Notes under the pieces: model-generated | The model's database searches: none | What the model saw: the letters and a program-made list of their open reading frames with translations, nothing else | Told to the model about the DNA's origin: nothing | Assembly: GCA_011109175.1 (NCBI GenBank) | Contig: RDEW01000041.1 | Span: forward strand, 310,001 to 374,000 | From: Dicyema japonicum | Taxonomy: Eukaryota; Animalia; Dicyemida | DNA length: 64,000 bases | Reading direction: 5' to 3' | Shown here: positions 62,238 to 64,000 of the stretch, piece after piece | How positions within the stretch are numbered: position 1 is the stretch's first letter | Layout of the letters: every line of letters begins with the position of its first letter | Position numbers and translations under genes: made by a program

Positions 62238-63553
62238 TGTCACATGGGCAGCCTGTTACATTATTTCGACCTTGAAGAGGTCTTTTGATTATCCGACATT
62301 TAATTTTGTATATCCGATTTATATCGTGATTTAATCCTGTTAAATTAGTTTTTTATTCATAAATGTTATGATTATAAAGATTTTATTTTTTAGAGATACA
62401 ACATGACCAGGTGGCGCCATTTTGGTGCTGCGTGGTTAATTGGTTTAAATTTTCATCTTGCTTGTCTGTTCCTCCTCTCTCTTCCTAATAGAGTGGCGTC
62501 ATGTGATCCACCTGTCTAGGTGACGCCCAGTGCCAGGCCGGCATGAAAAAGGATCATTTGCTCTTCCCCACTCCATTGGAGGGGTTTCCACAACTGCATG
62601 TAATGGACGTCTTACCCTTTATGCTGATTCCGAATGGACTCTGTAGAAGTGGAAACTGGATACACTTAATTAGTTGTTTACTATAACTTCTTTCTCGGTG
62701 TATCCGGGGTTAATAAATAAATAAATATTTTTTTATAGCGGTAAACCTATATTTCTAGCGTGATTTATAGCATGGAAGATTATTTTGTTGCAATGGTTTC
62801 TTACAAGGGTTTTGTGAAAGATTGCGTTGAATATCAAACTTTAAGAGATGCTTTGCATGATAAATTTCCCGAAAATCTTCCGAGGCACCGAAAATATAGG
62901 CTTGTAAAGAAGATAGAGAATTTTTCCATTATCAATGACACACATTATGACTTAGATAATTAAGTGATGAGTGTGCGATTCCAGAACAAATTGACGATTT
63001 GGTTAATTGTTCGACTCCAGAATCTATTGAAAATTCACGTAGTTTGATTTAAAAAATTTATATCTAGATAATTCCCAGTCAGATAATTTGTGTCCGAATG
63101 CAAAGAGATTCAATTTCGAAATTAAATCGATTGAAGAAAATTCTAATTATTACAAAGCTATGAACAGGAAAATGAATGTTCATAATAGTAAATATACTTT
63201 TAACATGGGAGATAAAGTATGAATCAAAAACATTAATAAATAGGTTTGGGCTAAAAAGGACTTTGGAACAAATCCCTCATTGCGACTGGATAAGTTTGAG
63301 TCTCAGTATTATCCAGTTGCGAAATAATTAATATTTTATCGAATAATCACGTGGAGGTAGCTTTAAATAGTTTAATTTGATAGATAAAAAATTCGAAAGG
63401 AGAAATGTCGACTGTATTAATGAGTAGACTAAAAAAGTTACTTAAATTTAATTTTTTATGGTTAATAAATCATTTATAAAATTAATTGAAGTTAATCTTG
63501 GTTCAAGGTTAATGTAACAGGCAGCCCATAGGTATCGCTTGGCCCATGTGACA
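62238..63553 (+). mobile_element. Ginger-like DNA transposon (TGT...ACA), internally deleted
   Basis: TIRs TGTCACATGGGC ... GCCCATGTGACA plus a subterminal inverted block; TSD GAGTA at 62233-62237 and 63554-63558. Internal ORF FPENLPRHRKYRLVKKIENFSIIND resembles the region before a Gypsy-type integrase zinc finger. Confidence 0.75.
62411..62725 (+). mobile_element. SINE family A reference copy, nested in the Ginger-like element
   Basis: About 310 bp with a (TAAA)n tail; at least 6 related copies in the window. Confidence 0.88.
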
Positions 63554-64000
63554 GAGTATTTCAATAAACATCATCAAGAGATCTACTGATACGCAGAGAC
63601 TTTAAAGGGGTAAGTTATGAAGGATTTGATTTAATGTAAAAAATAACATAAATAATGTTAATTATGATTAGGCTAAACTAAACTAACATATCCTTCTTTT
63701 ACGAGGATCTTCACAAGCCATCCACATGACTTCCACTTCTTCCTCGGACTGTGGGTCCGCCGCTTCGCCAATGTGTAATGAGTTTTTCGCTCTTCCAGTC
63801 GCCTCGACGCGGAAAGGATTTCGTCAATTGGTGTCTTATCTCCATGTTTGTGCTCGACAATAATACTTTCTAATGTATAAATCAGATTTAATGTAATAAA
63901 TATAATTTCAAAACGTTGCTGGTTAATAAGAACCATCTAAGTTCATCGGATTATGCGGACTTCTGTGCAGAATTGAATAAAGAAAACCCAACTCGAACGG

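Noticed and set aside
1-64000. Alternative genetic code or stop readthrough explaining the short ORFs
   Set aside because: In-frame stops fall inside tiny GT..AG introns, and genes end normally at TAA or TGA.

Overview
Eukaryotic, metazoan-type nuclear DNA in the standard genetic code, roughly 38% GC by my estimate. The host genes are compact and split by ultra-short spliceosomal introns, about 21-33 nt and mostly 22-26 nt. This explains why the ORF track is so fragmented. Such introns plus metazoan genes like ECSIT point to a dicyemid mesozoan (inference). Genes reconstructed by manual splicing: GALK2-like kinase, a highly atypical Rac, a Cys-less E2/UEV, ECSIT, an Ig-domain fragment, DcpS, COX7A-like, GTP-PEPCK, F-box/LRR, CHCHD2/10, NPRL3 and alanine aminotransferase. 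The intergenic space is dominated by decayed transposons: about 12 CRE-clade pieces, 3 RTE LINEs, an R4-like LINE, I/Jockey-like fragments, SINEs, hAT MITEs and a Ginger-like element. The strongest unexplained signal is the palindrome CACGTG. I counted about 51 copies by eye against about 8 expected. They sit in exons in all three codon phases, in introns and between genes, but are largely missing from young transposon copies, a pattern like cyanobacterial HIP1. Also notable: introns with almost no splice-site consensus, a twin-priming 5' inversion in a CRE element, and a 65-bp duplication flanking another CRE copy. Several one-base deletions in homopolymers look like assembly errors. All coordinates and counts are manual.
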